A DNA stretch of 54,154 bases from a virus: IMG/VR virus record IMGVR_UViG_3300009838_000002, positions 1 through 54,154 of that record; one strand, 5' to 3'. Both the position numbers and the translations under genes were made by a program. Shown in pieces: positions 9,508-17,599 of the stretch. The notes beneath the pieces are model-generated. The model was not told the DNA's origin. It worked only from the letters and a program-made list of their open reading frames with translations, and ran no database searches. The stretch's first letter is position 1. Each line of letters starts with the position of its first letter.

Positions 9508-10650
9508 AAACTTGTGCATAAGAACTTTAAATTTAGACTCTATCCAACAAAAAAACAATGCGGTCTTCTGCTGAATACTCTTAGAGAATGTTGCTGGCTT
9601 TATAATTATTTTCTCGATCAGAGAAAGACGGCATGGGAAGAACGAAAAGAATCTCTTGGGTTGTACGATCTCCACCGAAGACTTCCGTCCTTGAAGCTCT
9701 CTCGACCTTCCCTGAAAGGGGTTCATAGCCAAGTTCTTCAGAATGTCGCCCTTAGAATAGACTTGGCTTTTCAATCCTTCTTCCGAAGAGTAAAAGCAGG
9801 AGAAGCCCCTGGTTATCCTCGCTTTCGAGGGAACAACGGATACGACAGTTTTACTTTTCCTCAAGGATCGCCAAACGGAGGGTTTAAAATAACAAAAAGG
9901 GGTCTTAGAATTTCCAAGATAGGAACTGTCAAGGCCGCCTTTCATCGTCCTGTCGAAGGGAAAATAAAGACCTGTTGCATTAGACTCGAAAGATCCGGAA
10001 AGTGGTTCGCTACTTTCTCCTGTGTAGGCGAACCCAATCTTCTTCCAGAATCTATTAAACAGGTTGGAATAGATGTTGGACTGATTAACTTCGCCACGCT
10101 CTCTACAGGAGAAGTAATTGAAAATCCCCGCTTTTTCCGCAAAGAAGAGAAGGCGCTGGCTAATGCTCAACGCAAATTGTCGAAGGCAGAGAAGGGAACC
10201 CTTGAAAGGGCAAAGGCGCGCAAAGTAGTTTCTCGCATTCACGAGCGTATAACCAATAAGCGCACAAACTTTGCTCATCAGGAATCCAGAAAAATAATCA
10301 ATCGCTTTGGGGTGATTTCCGTGGAGGACATCCAAAGCAACCGGATTGTTCACAATCGCTGTCTTGCCAAGAGCATTATGGATGCGGCATGGGGACAATT
10401 CATCGCATATCTTTCCTGCAAAGCTGCAAACGCTGGCAGAAAATTCATTGCCGTGAATCCCGCCTACACCACTCAGGATTGTCACCGGTGCGGACACAGG
10501 CAGAAGCTCTCCCTCTCCGAGAGAGAGTATTCCTGTCCCTGCTGCGGACTCGTCATGAACCGCGATCATAATGCCTCCCTTAATATTCTAGCCTTGGGAT
10601 TACAAGGCTTGGGTATCCAATCCCTAGAAGCCGCTTTCTTGGCGGAGTAA
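9484..10650 (+). mobile_element. IS200/IS605-family TnpB-only (non-autonomous) element; boundaries inferred to within a few nt
   Basis: The only plus-strand gene in the minus arm. Removing 9484-10650 leaves stop-GTCAAGGAGGACTAA-ATG between the flanking late genes. TTGAC immediately precedes the left end. Confidence 0.6.
9514..10650 (+). CDS. tnpB: TnpB RNA-guided endonuclease (RuvC-like plus zinc finger), apparently intact
   Basis: KFRLYPT N-terminus; GIDVGL (D), ISVEDI (E), NRDHNAS (D); CHRCG...CPCCG zinc finger. The start is either GTG 9514 or TTG 9496. Confidence 0.85.
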   Translation: MHKNFKFRLYPTKKQCGLLLNTLRECCWLYNYFLDQRKTAWEERKESLGLYDLHRRLPSLKLSRPSLKGVHSQVLQNVALRIDLAFQSFFRRVKAGEAPGYPRFRGNNGYDSFTFPQGSPNGGFKITKRGLRISKIGTVKAAFHRPVEGKIKTCCIRLERSGKWFATFSCVGEPNLLPESIKQVGIDVGLINFATLSTGEVIENPRFFRKEEKALANAQRKLSKAEKGTLERAKARKVVSRIHERITNKRTNFAHQESRKIINRFGVISVEDIQSNRIVHNRCLAKSIMDAAWGQFIAYLSCKAANAGRKFIAVNPAYTTQDCHRCGHRQKLSLSEREYSCPCCGLVMNRDHNASLNILALGLQGLGIQSLEAAFLAE

Positions 10651-11607
10651 TCACGCATTTGCAATTCCTCTCGCCCCTGTCTTTGGCACAAGAAGTTCAA
10701 TGTCGCCGGTGGTTTTCTGCTGGTAGTGCATCCTGAGTTGCTGAAGCGCTGCCTGGAATTTTGCTTCATGGGCTTGTTCTTTTGCCGTCTCTCCACTCCA
10801 GTTGAACAGTTCGGCCAGCGCCCCGTCTATCAGAATGTGAGGGTAAGTCACCGTCAGGTAGTTTGTTGGGTTTGACGCCGGATCGAGATCGAGGAGGTTC
10901 TTTTTCACCATCGCTATCGCAACGAGGGTCGGAGTTGTGGGGATGGGCGCAAAACGCAGAAGCGTCCCGTTGGCGTTGTCGTAGAATATCACCTTAGTCG
11001 GATCTCCTGTCGCGAAATACGAGGAGTCTGAGAAGAAATTCTGTTCAGCGCCTATTGCAAGCTCATCGGAATATGTTCCAAGCGTAGGATCGTATTTTTT
11101 GGCCCACCTGATCTTCTGGATGAATTCCTTGTTTGCGAGAACGTCTCCATGAACCGGATACTCACTCTGGCCGGGAGTTATGACGAGCCATCCCTGATAC
11201 AACCATCCGTCGTTGCGAGTCAGGGAACAATCAATGGTTGAAGGGGAAGAAACCGTGGGGCCGGCGTAGGGAGTAGTGAGCGTGATAGTTGTGTCGGCTG
11301 GAACCGCCAATACGGTGTAAACCGCACCAGCAGTAGTCCAGAACTTATCTCCGATCTGGGCCGTAGTGAGCCAGTTAGTACCGACTCCAGTAACCGTAGG
11401 AGAAGAGTTTATAACCGTGCATTTCTCAATGACCGGAATAAGCGACGTCTGGGCCGACGGGTAGATGTCGAGAAACCAGAAAGGGAAATACTCGCAGAGC
11501 ATCCTCTGTCTCTTGTTAATCCATTCCGTTACGGTAGCAACGGCAGTGGCGTCGTCAGAGGCCCCTCCCTGTCGTAGAATTGAAGTTTTAAGCTGAGTGA
11601 GGTTCAT
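10651..11607 (-). CDS. Hypothetical virion protein (318 aa), possible head-tail adaptor by position
   Basis: ORF track; its stop abuts the tnpB stop (TAA|TCA); the ATG overlaps the upstream stop. Confidence 0.5.
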   Translation of the reverse strand: MNLTQLKTSILRQGGASDDATAVATVTEWINKRQRMLCEYFPFWFLDIYPSAQTSLIPVIEKCTVINSSPTVTGVGTNWLTTAQIGDKFWTTAGAVYTVLAVPADTTITLTTPYAGPTVSSPSTIDCSLTRNDGWLYQGWLVITPGQSEYPVHGDVLANKEFIQKIRWAKKYDPTLGTYSDELAIGAEQNFFSDSSYFATGDPTKVIFYDNANGTLLRFAPIPTTPTLVAIAMVKKNLLDLDPASNPTNYLTVTYPHILIDGALAELFNWSGETAKEQAHEAKFQAALQQLRMHYQQKTTGDIELLVPKTGARGIANA

Positions 11608-11915
11608 TACTTACCACCACCCTTCTTTCCCTTGTTCTTCGGAACGAAGTCTTTGTCGTCGGGAAGGACTTCGGAAAGGATGTCTTCAACCTGCGCCGGA
11701 GTCGGCTCTTCCTTTGCAAGAGGATTGTTGGAGAACTGGTAAGTCTTTACCGGGTGGCCTGGAGAAGCATATCCCAAAGGAACGCCATCCTCTATTCTTC
11801 CGATAGGAGATCGGCTGTTTGGAGCGTGTCCATCGTAGATAAGCCCCGCCTGGGTAAGAGTGGGTTTCAGATCCTTTCCTCCATGAAGTTCATGCGGCTT
11901 CCGTTTGTCGAACAT
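11607..11915 (-). CDS. Hypothetical protein (102 aa) with basic K/G tail
   Basis: ORF track; ends ...PKNKGKKGGGK; RBS AAGGAGGATG upstream of the ATG at 11915. Confidence 0.55.
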   Translation of the reverse strand: MFDKRKPHELHGGKDLKPTLTQAGLIYDGHAPNSRSPIGRIEDGVPLGYASPGHPVKTYQFSNNPLAKEEPTPAQVEDILSEVLPDDKDFVPKNKGKKGGGK

Positions 11916-11939
11916 TGTTACATCCTCCTTAAAATTTGT

Positions 11940-12338
11940 TTAATCAAAAAGTTCATAGAAGCATAGCCCAAGGCATCCGGTAACATTAGGGAGAGAAAAT
12001 GCCTGATCGGCTGTCTTTCTTATGAACAAATTTCCATCGTTGCATTTCAAAGAAGTATCCATCGTGAGGCTATACTCCGGACTGACAATCGTTATTCCGG
12101 CAGGAATATTAACCGGGTCTATCGTGAATCTAACAAGCTGAATTGCTCCCGTTAGCTGAATGTCAAATTCTATAGGATCGCTTGAAACCAAGTCGTTTTC
12201 AGATATAAAATAAAGCCATTTAAGACGGAACTTGCGTGGAAAGCGATACAGGAATTTAAAGCCCGCCGTAGTTAAGTCCATCTTAAACGGGACAAATTCC
12301 GTTATAAGGGACATATATCTATCGTGTAATGCGCCCAT
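11940..12338 (-). CDS. Paralog 3 of a tandem triplet downstream of the capsid gene (132 aa)
   Basis: N-terminus MGALHDRY...FRFPRKF and C-terminus ..CFYELFD, shared with the two upstream genes. Confidence 0.6.
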   Translation of the reverse strand: MGALHDRYMSLITEFVPFKMDLTTAGFKFLYRFPRKFRLKWLYFISENDLVSSDPIEFDIQLTGAIQLVRFTIDPVNIPAGITIVSPEYSLTMDTSLKCNDGNLFIRKTADQAFSLPNVTGCLGLCFYELFD

Positions 12339-12758
12339 TTATGCCTCTGACCTGTAGAATTTTTCGTATGCGATAATTTCCAGATAAACGGTTCCGCTAA
12401 CTCCGGGGCTTACCAGCTCAATGCTTAAGTCTCCGTCTATGTAGTATGGAGCGGATGTTAAGTATGGAGACATTATCATGCTTCCGGAGGGCGTCATTGG
12501 ATACGGGTAGCCCTGTGCGTCGAATCCTGAATTTAAAGAACTAGGCGGGTTGTCGAATTCAAACTTAAACATTACGGGAACTGGATTTGGCGACACCCCC
12601 TGATGAATTATATCGCTCTGGGCCAAGAATGCGGTGTACGCAATGTAAAATGGCCTTGGGAACCGGAATACAATCTTTTTCCCAACTTCCGAAACGTCAA
12701 TTTCGTCGGGAAGGAAAAATAGTATCGGCTTCTGGTATCTTTCATGCGCATACCCCAT
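12339..12758 (-). CDS. Paralog 2 of the tandem triplet (139 aa)
   Basis: MGYAHERY...FRFPRPF...; its stop directly abuts the start of paralog 3. Confidence 0.6.
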   Translation of the reverse strand: MGYAHERYQKPILFFLPDEIDVSEVGKKIVFRFPRPFYIAYTAFLAQSDIIHQGVSPNPVPVMFKFEFDNPPSSLNSGFDAQGYPYPMTPSGSMIMSPYLTSAPYYIDGDLSIELVSPGVSGTVYLEIIAYEKFYRSEA

Positions 12759-12777
12759 TCTTGGCCTCCGCCTATCC

Positions 12778-13170
12778 CTAAGCGAACATCTCGTTGAGCA
12801 ACAGGTAGAAGTATCCCTTGCCTGCCGTGGTTGCGGCAGTCTTGAGACACAGAGCTACGATCCCGTCAGAAAACTCAATGGCTCCGGAACTTGCCGGAGT
12901 CCCGAGTTCGTCAGAATTCAACTGCGACTTAGCTGCGGTCCCGGTGGGGATATTCAGAGTAGCCTTCTCCGTCCCGCTGGAATTCTTTACGGAGATCACG
13001 GTGTCGCCCGTCGAGTTGAATGTGGTTGAAACCTGAAAGCCAAGCTTTCTGAGCGTTACAGGCATTCCGAAATCGAGAGTGAATTCCGTGGCCGTGGCCC
13101 CGGAGCAATCCAGTTCAATCGGATGAACATAGGGCTTTTTGGACTGATACCTTTCATCTGCGAAACCCAT
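12778..13170 (-). CDS. Paralog 1 of the tandem triplet (130 aa)
   Basis: MGFADERY...; C-terminus YFYLLLNEMFA; 17 nt downstream of the capsid gene. Confidence 0.6.
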   Translation of the reverse strand: MGFADERYQSKKPYVHPIELDCSGATATEFTLDFGMPVTLRKLGFQVSTTFNSTGDTVISVKNSSGTEKATLNIPTGTAAKSQLNSDELGTPASSGAIEFSDGIVALCLKTAATTAGKGYFYLLLNEMFA

Positions 13171-13187
13171 GTTTTTTTCCTCCTTTC

Positions 13188-14132
13188 CTATGCGGAATAG
13201 ACTCTGAGAACGTGAGTCTCGCCCTCAGTTTCATAGTCCCATGTGATCTCGAAACCCTCCAGGGAGATCCAGCAGAGCCCTTTCTGCCTGCCGAAGTCGC
13301 GGGGAATGTCGTATCGAATCTCAGGCGCCATCGCCAATCCCTGCACGGCCGGATCGGCTCCGAAGAATATAACCTCTCCACAACCTCCGGGAAGAGATCC
13401 ATTCAGAGAGTTGTTCTCTTCGAGGAACCTGACTCCGGAGTAGTTTTTGATCTCTCCAGTGAACAGTCTCTCTGGATCTCCATAGAGAGCCGCCCTCTCG
13501 AAAGTAGGGTCGTCGGACAGATCGGCAAATCCATTCACCGATCCCACGGCCATGAAGTTCTGCCCGTCAAACAACGGAATGTTGTAAATCTTCATCAGCC
13601 GGTTTATGACTTTAACGTCATAAGTCGAGATCCCGCGAGTCGAGGCCACAAGGGGAGTTCCCGTGGTGTAGAGCGTGTAGGTCGGAGCCGCCAGAGTTCC
13701 GGTAGGAACGTAAACCAACTTGGTTTTCTGGAACGCGGCGGCGGCGGCCTTGTCTCTGACTTTCGCCATGTCGTCTCGAAGAGCCCGGTGGATGATGTTG
13801 TCTGGGCTGAACTGAGACAGAAGCTCCAGCTTCCCGGTGTAGTCAATGGCGTTCATGTATTCCGATACAATGATCTCGCCTTTGTAGGTCTGCACCTTGG
13901 TCTTGGGGGAAATCTCGTCTTCGGCTACCGCCCTTCCCTCTGTCTGGACATTGGAAACTTTGTCGAAGTTGATCTTGTCGGACTTTCCTTTTCCATAGTC
14001 CTTTTCAATGCGGACGAATCCGGGCTGAAGGAACCGCATTAGGGGCTGGGCCGCTACTCTGAGTTCTCTGCTGAGTCCCTCATTGGCCCACGCTCCGCCG
14101 TCCGCGGTCACTAGCCATTGCTGTTGTGGCAT
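13188..14132 (-). CDS. Major capsid protein (HK97-fold type, 314 aa)
   Basis: Size, position after the scaffold gene, and overall resemblance to HK97-type coat proteins; strong AGGAGGTG RBS. Confidence 0.8.
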   Translation of the reverse strand: MPQQQWLVTADGGAWANEGLSRELRVAAQPLMRFLQPGFVRIEKDYGKGKSDKINFDKVSNVQTEGRAVAEDEISPKTKVQTYKGEIIVSEYMNAIDYTGKLELLSQFSPDNIIHRALRDDMAKVRDKAAAAAFQKTKLVYVPTGTLAAPTYTLYTTGTPLVASTRGISTYDVKVINRLMKIYNIPLFDGQNFMAVGSVNGFADLSDDPTFERAALYGDPERLFTGEIKNYSGVRFLEENNSLNGSLPGGCGEVIFFGADPAVQGLAMAPEIRYDIPRDFGRQKGLCWISLEGFEITWDYETEGETHVLRVYSA

Positions 14133-14140
14133 ATTTACAC

Positions 14141-14166
14141 CTCCTGAATTTTAGCGCATTCAGGAG
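14141..14166 (-). promoter_or_regulatory. 9-bp stem-loop that sequesters the capsid-gene Shine-Dalgarno
   Basis: CTCCTGAAT (14141-14149) pairs with ATTCAGGAG (14158-14166) around an 8-nt loop; the 3' arm on the mRNA contains AGGAG of the capsid RBS. Confidence 0.5.
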
Positions 14167-14179
14167 CTATGCCGTTTAG

Positions 14180-14923
14180 TTATTTCAGGCCCGCTCTTTT
14201 GTTGGCGAGATCCCTTTGTCTGGCAACTTCTTCGTCGAGAGCCCTTGATCGCTCTTTGTCGCCATAAACCCTATCGGAAACTCCGGTTGTCGGAGTAAAC
14301 CCCGCTGGCCTTTCTGGACTGGACCCCGCCCTTGGAGTAGGAGTAGAAACGCTTTTCGGCTTGCTCATGTTTGCGCTTTTTTGGTATTCATCGTATCTCC
14401 TGACCACCTCGTCCAGCGCAGCTCTCATGGTTTTGAATCCGCCTTCGGCCATCACTTGCTTAATAAACAAATTCACCAAGGGCCTGTTTTGGCCCAGATC
14501 CGGCCTCTTAGAAAGGTATTCCTGTTCTAAGGCAGCGGCTTCTTGTTGGTTTCTTTGAAATTGAACAATGGTGTTGGCGGCGGCGTTTGCTGCTTCCTGG
14601 GCGGCTTGCCTTCTCACGTTTTCTGCCCATCCTTTGGGGTCCGTGTAGAGGTCTGGCTCTACTTCGGGGTATCCCGGCGGCGTAGTGATCGGCTGTTGCG
14701 GAACCTGTTGCGGCTCCATTCGGGTAGCCTGTTCGAGCAATGCGTTCTGATGCTGAGTGAATTCCCGAAGCTGTCTGGCCTCTTCTCCCAACTCAGAAAT
14801 CTTGCGCTGGGATTCTTCATATCGGGACTTCCATTCGCTGTCAGAAAGTTGCTCTGGCTGCTCATCTGTTGGCTGGGCGCCGGAGTTTTCTTCGGCGGTA
14901 TCCAGCATGGTGTCTTCTGGCAT
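14180..14923 (-). CDS. Scaffolding protein (247 aa)
   Basis: Acidic, Q/E-rich and coiled-coil-like; lies immediately upstream of the capsid gene. Confidence 0.65.
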   Translation of the reverse strand: MPEDTMLDTAEENSGAQPTDEQPEQLSDSEWKSRYEESQRKISELGEEARQLREFTQHQNALLEQATRMEPQQVPQQPITTPPGYPEVEPDLYTDPKGWAENVRRQAAQEAANAAANTIVQFQRNQQEAAALEQEYLSKRPDLGQNRPLVNLFIKQVMAEGGFKTMRAALDEVVRRYDEYQKSANMSKPKSVSTPTPRAGSSPERPAGFTPTTGVSDRVYGDKERSRALDEEVARQRDLANKRAGLK

Positions 14924-14924
14924 A

Positions 14925-15203
14925 TTACCTCCTTCTTGTTGCTTCCGATTTCCTGATAATCAAACTTTGCATCGCCGACTCCTGTTCTCGAAGGGCGACA
15001 AGTTTCATCTGGATGCCAATAAGAACCTCATAAGGAAGCGGCTCCTTGCTCCGCGCCATGTCGTCAACTGCTTTTTTTTCTATGACGGGCCGGAGTTTTT
15101 CAGAGAAGAATTTCATATATGACTCAGCTTGTGAGCCCAAAGAAATATCTTCTGCGAGAGAAGGATCGAATCGAGGTATCTTACTGACATCTGGAGAAGG
15201 CAT
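14925..15203 (-). CDS. Hypothetical head-module protein (92 aa)
   Basis: ORF track; the ATG directly follows the TAG of the upstream small ORF. Confidence 0.55.
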   Translation of the reverse strand: MPSPDVSKIPRFDPSLAEDISLGSQAESYMKFFSEKLRPVIEKKAVDDMARSKEPLPYEVLIGIQMKLVALREQESAMQSLIIRKSEATRRR

Positions 15204-15293
15204 CTACTTCTTGCCCTTCTTTCCGTGGCCTTCGAGTTTATTGGCCTTGGCCTGGGTAACTTTGGTTCCCTTTTTACCTGCGGCTTTCTTCAC
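15204..15293 (-). CDS. Small lysine-rich protein (29 aa)
   Basis: GTG at 15293, 8 nt after GGGAGG; VKKAAGKKGTKVTQAKANKLEGHGKKGKK; stop-start abutted on both sides; below the ORF-track size cutoff. Confidence 0.4.
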   Translation of the reverse strand: MKKAAGKKGTKVTQAKANKLEGHGKKGKK

Positions 15294-15294
15294 G

Positions 15295-15522
15295 TCATTT
15301 ACCTCCCTTCTTGTGTCTTCGTCCCGGCGGAATCCATCTTTTCCCCCCACCAATACTGGACTCAGCCGAATTCTTTCCGGTTATTTTGTCCGGATCCGAA
15401 ACTCTCTCAACCTTGTTTTCGGGAGCAGTTGAGACGGTTTTCACTTCGGGATCGTGCTGTGGAATGGTTCTGAAAAAGCCTTTCTTGTGTTCCTCTAAGG
15501 CGTCTGGAACATGATGAGACAT
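15295..15522 (-). CDS. Hypothetical protein (75 aa) with basic tail
   Basis: ATG at 15522 preceded by GGAGGTG; first gene after the promoter at 15559-15587; ends ..GRRHKKGGK. Confidence 0.55.
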   Translation of the reverse strand: MSHHVPDALEEHKKGFFRTIPQHDPEVKTVSTAPENKVERVSDPDKITGKNSAESSIGGGKRWIPPGRRHKKGGK

Positions 15523-15540
15523 AATGACACCTCCATGTTT

Positions 15541-15555
15541 GATACCCCTAGCCTT
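15541..15555 (-). promoter_or_regulatory. Copy of the AAGGCTAGGGGTATC motif, 5 nt downstream of a -10 box
   Basis: Minus strand reads TATATT-GTAAA-GGCTAGGGGTATC; the identical 15-mer is at 20338-20352. Confidence 0.7.
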
Positions 15556-15558
15556 TAC

Positions 15559-15587
15559 AATATAACACCAAAATATACCAAAGTCAA
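15559..15587 (-). promoter_or_regulatory. Sigma70-type promoter for the head-gene operon: TTGACT-N17-TATATT
   Basis: Minus-strand -35 at 15587-15582 and -10 at 15564-15559; sits in the 99-nt gap after the portal gene. Confidence 0.55.
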
Positions 15588-15621
15588 TACTTTTCTCCTT
15601 AATTCTTTGAAATTCGACGTT

Positions 15622-17589
15622 TTACTGCGGTATTTGGCCGCCAACCTGCTGGAGTATTTGCGCGACTTGCGGAGGAACTTGTACCTGAGGAGGAGTCGGC
15701 GCCTGCGGCCCCTGCGGTTGCTGTGCGTTTCCTCCGGCGCGAGACGTTGGAGACATTCCTCCGGCCTGCATCTGTGCCATGCGTTGCATCAGTTCAGGAT
15801 CTCCGTCTCTGTATAGCATCTCGTCGGCTTCCCAGTTAAACGACTCCATGAATTTTCCAAGAACTGCGTCGTCTTTCATTCTGATTTGCCATCTCGGGTT
15901 CTGGCCCAATATCTTCGCAAACATCCCAATCTTTTCAAGCTCCTGAGCCCGTCCAAGAACATAAGACAGCCCATGAACAACGAAAGTGGTGTCGGTTCCA
16001 AGAAATTCGTATCTGGCCTCTGGAGACATATTTGCCAACTGATATGCCTCTGGAATTGAACGAACGAACTTTGGGTTGCTCCAGTCTTTTTGATACTGAA
16101 GCATTGTAAGAAAGAATTTCTCAAGGTATTTTTCTACCCAAGTCTTTTCAAGATCGGTGATGAAATACTCGAAGAGCATTGAAGACTCGCCGCTTTTCAA
16201 TGAGGCTTCGAGCGCCGAAACCCTTCCCTTTAAGCGGGGAGCCCCCGTCATCATTTCGCCTATACCGGAGAACATGGACTCCTTGTCAAGACCCTGGTAC
16301 AGGTTCCATACTCCACTCGGGACTCCGGGCTGCGCGATCTGGTTTATGAGATGTCCCGGCCCCTTCATTTTCCATACTTTTGCCGGTATGATCCCGGTTT
16401 CAAGTTGCTTCGGATCGAATAGGTTCTCCATGTCCATTTCGTATTGCTGAAGCGTGGAAAGACTCATTGAGTCTATGATAAGATTCAACAGCTCGATAAG
16501 GGCGTCAACGGTTCCCATCGCCATTCCGACAAGAGACTTGTGGTAGTTCGAGAATGGAACGTCTAGTATTCCGGCCACGACGTATGGGTTCTGTCGGTGG
16601 AAGAATGGGTTCTTCGTGGGTCTTCTTATGACATAGGACTCGTTGGCTATCGTGTAAGTTATGTTTTTCTGAAGCAGGTTTCCAGAAGTATCGTATAGGT
16701 TGCCCCAGTAGTGATCCATGACGATCTGAGGCTCATCGGGAACAGGTTCGTCAACTTCTCCTTTTCTCTGAGACTCCTCGTATTTCTCCTGCGTATTCCT
16801 GAAGTCCTGAGTGCCTTCCATTAACTCTGGAACATATTCATAGACTCCTTCGTCGCAAAGCTGGCGATACTCCCATAGTGGGTGGTAGGTTCTTTCGATA
16901 CAACACTCTTCATCTCTCCAGAAAAAGTACGGGTTCACGAGTTCGACTTCCGGGAAGTCGTCCTCTACGTCAACGAACTCGCCGTCTCTCATAACCTCTC
17001 TTTTGCGATACGACCACCCTATTCTTGCGATAAGAAGCTGGGAGAGAAGCCCTGTTTTAATGGCCTTGGAGAAGAAATGAAACCAGTCTGTTTTGTCCAG
17101 CCAGAACCTCATCATGCGCTTTATCATGTCAATGTAGGGCTGTTTTTCCGGAGCCACGTCAACCGTGAACCACTCTTTGACTTTCGCAAGTCCCTTGGTA
17201 AACGTAGATGCGGCTTTTTCCACCATGAAGAATACGCGCGGAGGGACGATCTGAGACTGCCAGTCGGCCTTTGTCGAGAAGTCGTAGAGGCCGTTGTATC
17301 TGTCCCAGTTTTGATCCCACTGACGCTTATGAATAAGTCTTCTGTCGTCGAGGTTGTGCCTTCTGGTATTAAGTCGAGTTACGAGTTCTGCGTCAGACAT
17401 CTCGCCGTATTTTTTAGACGTGGTGTCCGAGTCGTGCATTTTTATGGGGATACTTCCATCGTCCGGGGCCTCAGTCATCAGAGCTTCGGCTATGGACATT
17501 TCCCGGGTTCCCTCTCTAGTATTCGTCCCTTGATCCACGACAGTAGGCTCGGCGATCCCAGCTTCGAGCATTTCTCTTGTGGCGTCCAT
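15622..17589 (-). CDS. Portal protein (655 aa)
   Basis: Size and position immediately after TerL; C-terminal Q/P-rich tail. Confidence 0.75.
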   Translation of the reverse strand: MDATREMLEAGIAEPTVVDQGTNTREGTREMSIAEALMTEAPDDGSIPIKMHDSDTTSKKYGEMSDAELVTRLNTRRHNLDDRRLIHKRQWDQNWDRYNGLYDFSTKADWQSQIVPPRVFFMVEKAASTFTKGLAKVKEWFTVDVAPEKQPYIDMIKRMMRFWLDKTDWFHFFSKAIKTGLLSQLLIARIGWSYRKREVMRDGEFVDVEDDFPEVELVNPYFFWRDEECCIERTYHPLWEYRQLCDEGVYEYVPELMEGTQDFRNTQEKYEESQRKGEVDEPVPDEPQIVMDHYWGNLYDTSGNLLQKNITYTIANESYVIRRPTKNPFFHRQNPYVVAGILDVPFSNYHKSLVGMAMGTVDALIELLNLIIDSMSLSTLQQYEMDMENLFDPKQLETGIIPAKVWKMKGPGHLINQIAQPGVPSGVWNLYQGLDKESMFSGIGEMMTGAPRLKGRVSALEASLKSGESSMLFEYFITDLEKTWVEKYLEKFFLTMLQYQKDWSNPKFVRSIPEAYQLANMSPEARYEFLGTDTTFVVHGLSYVLGRAQELEKIGMFAKILGQNPRWQIRMKDDAVLGKFMESFNWEADEMLYRDGDPELMQRMAQMQAGGMSPTSRAGGNAQQPQGPQAPTPPQVQVPPQVAQILQQVGGQIPQ

Positions 17590-17599
17590 AGTGGGCCTC

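Noticed and set aside
9469-10569. 366-aa minus-strand ORF that would continue the late operon
   Set aside because: It is the antisense shadow of tnpB. Its sequence is low-information, it has no SD, and the plus-strand frame carries all the TnpB motifs.
13212-14042. 276-aa plus-strand ORF
   Set aside because: It is antisense to the major capsid gene, R/G/S/V-rich, with no RBS and no neighbours on that strand.
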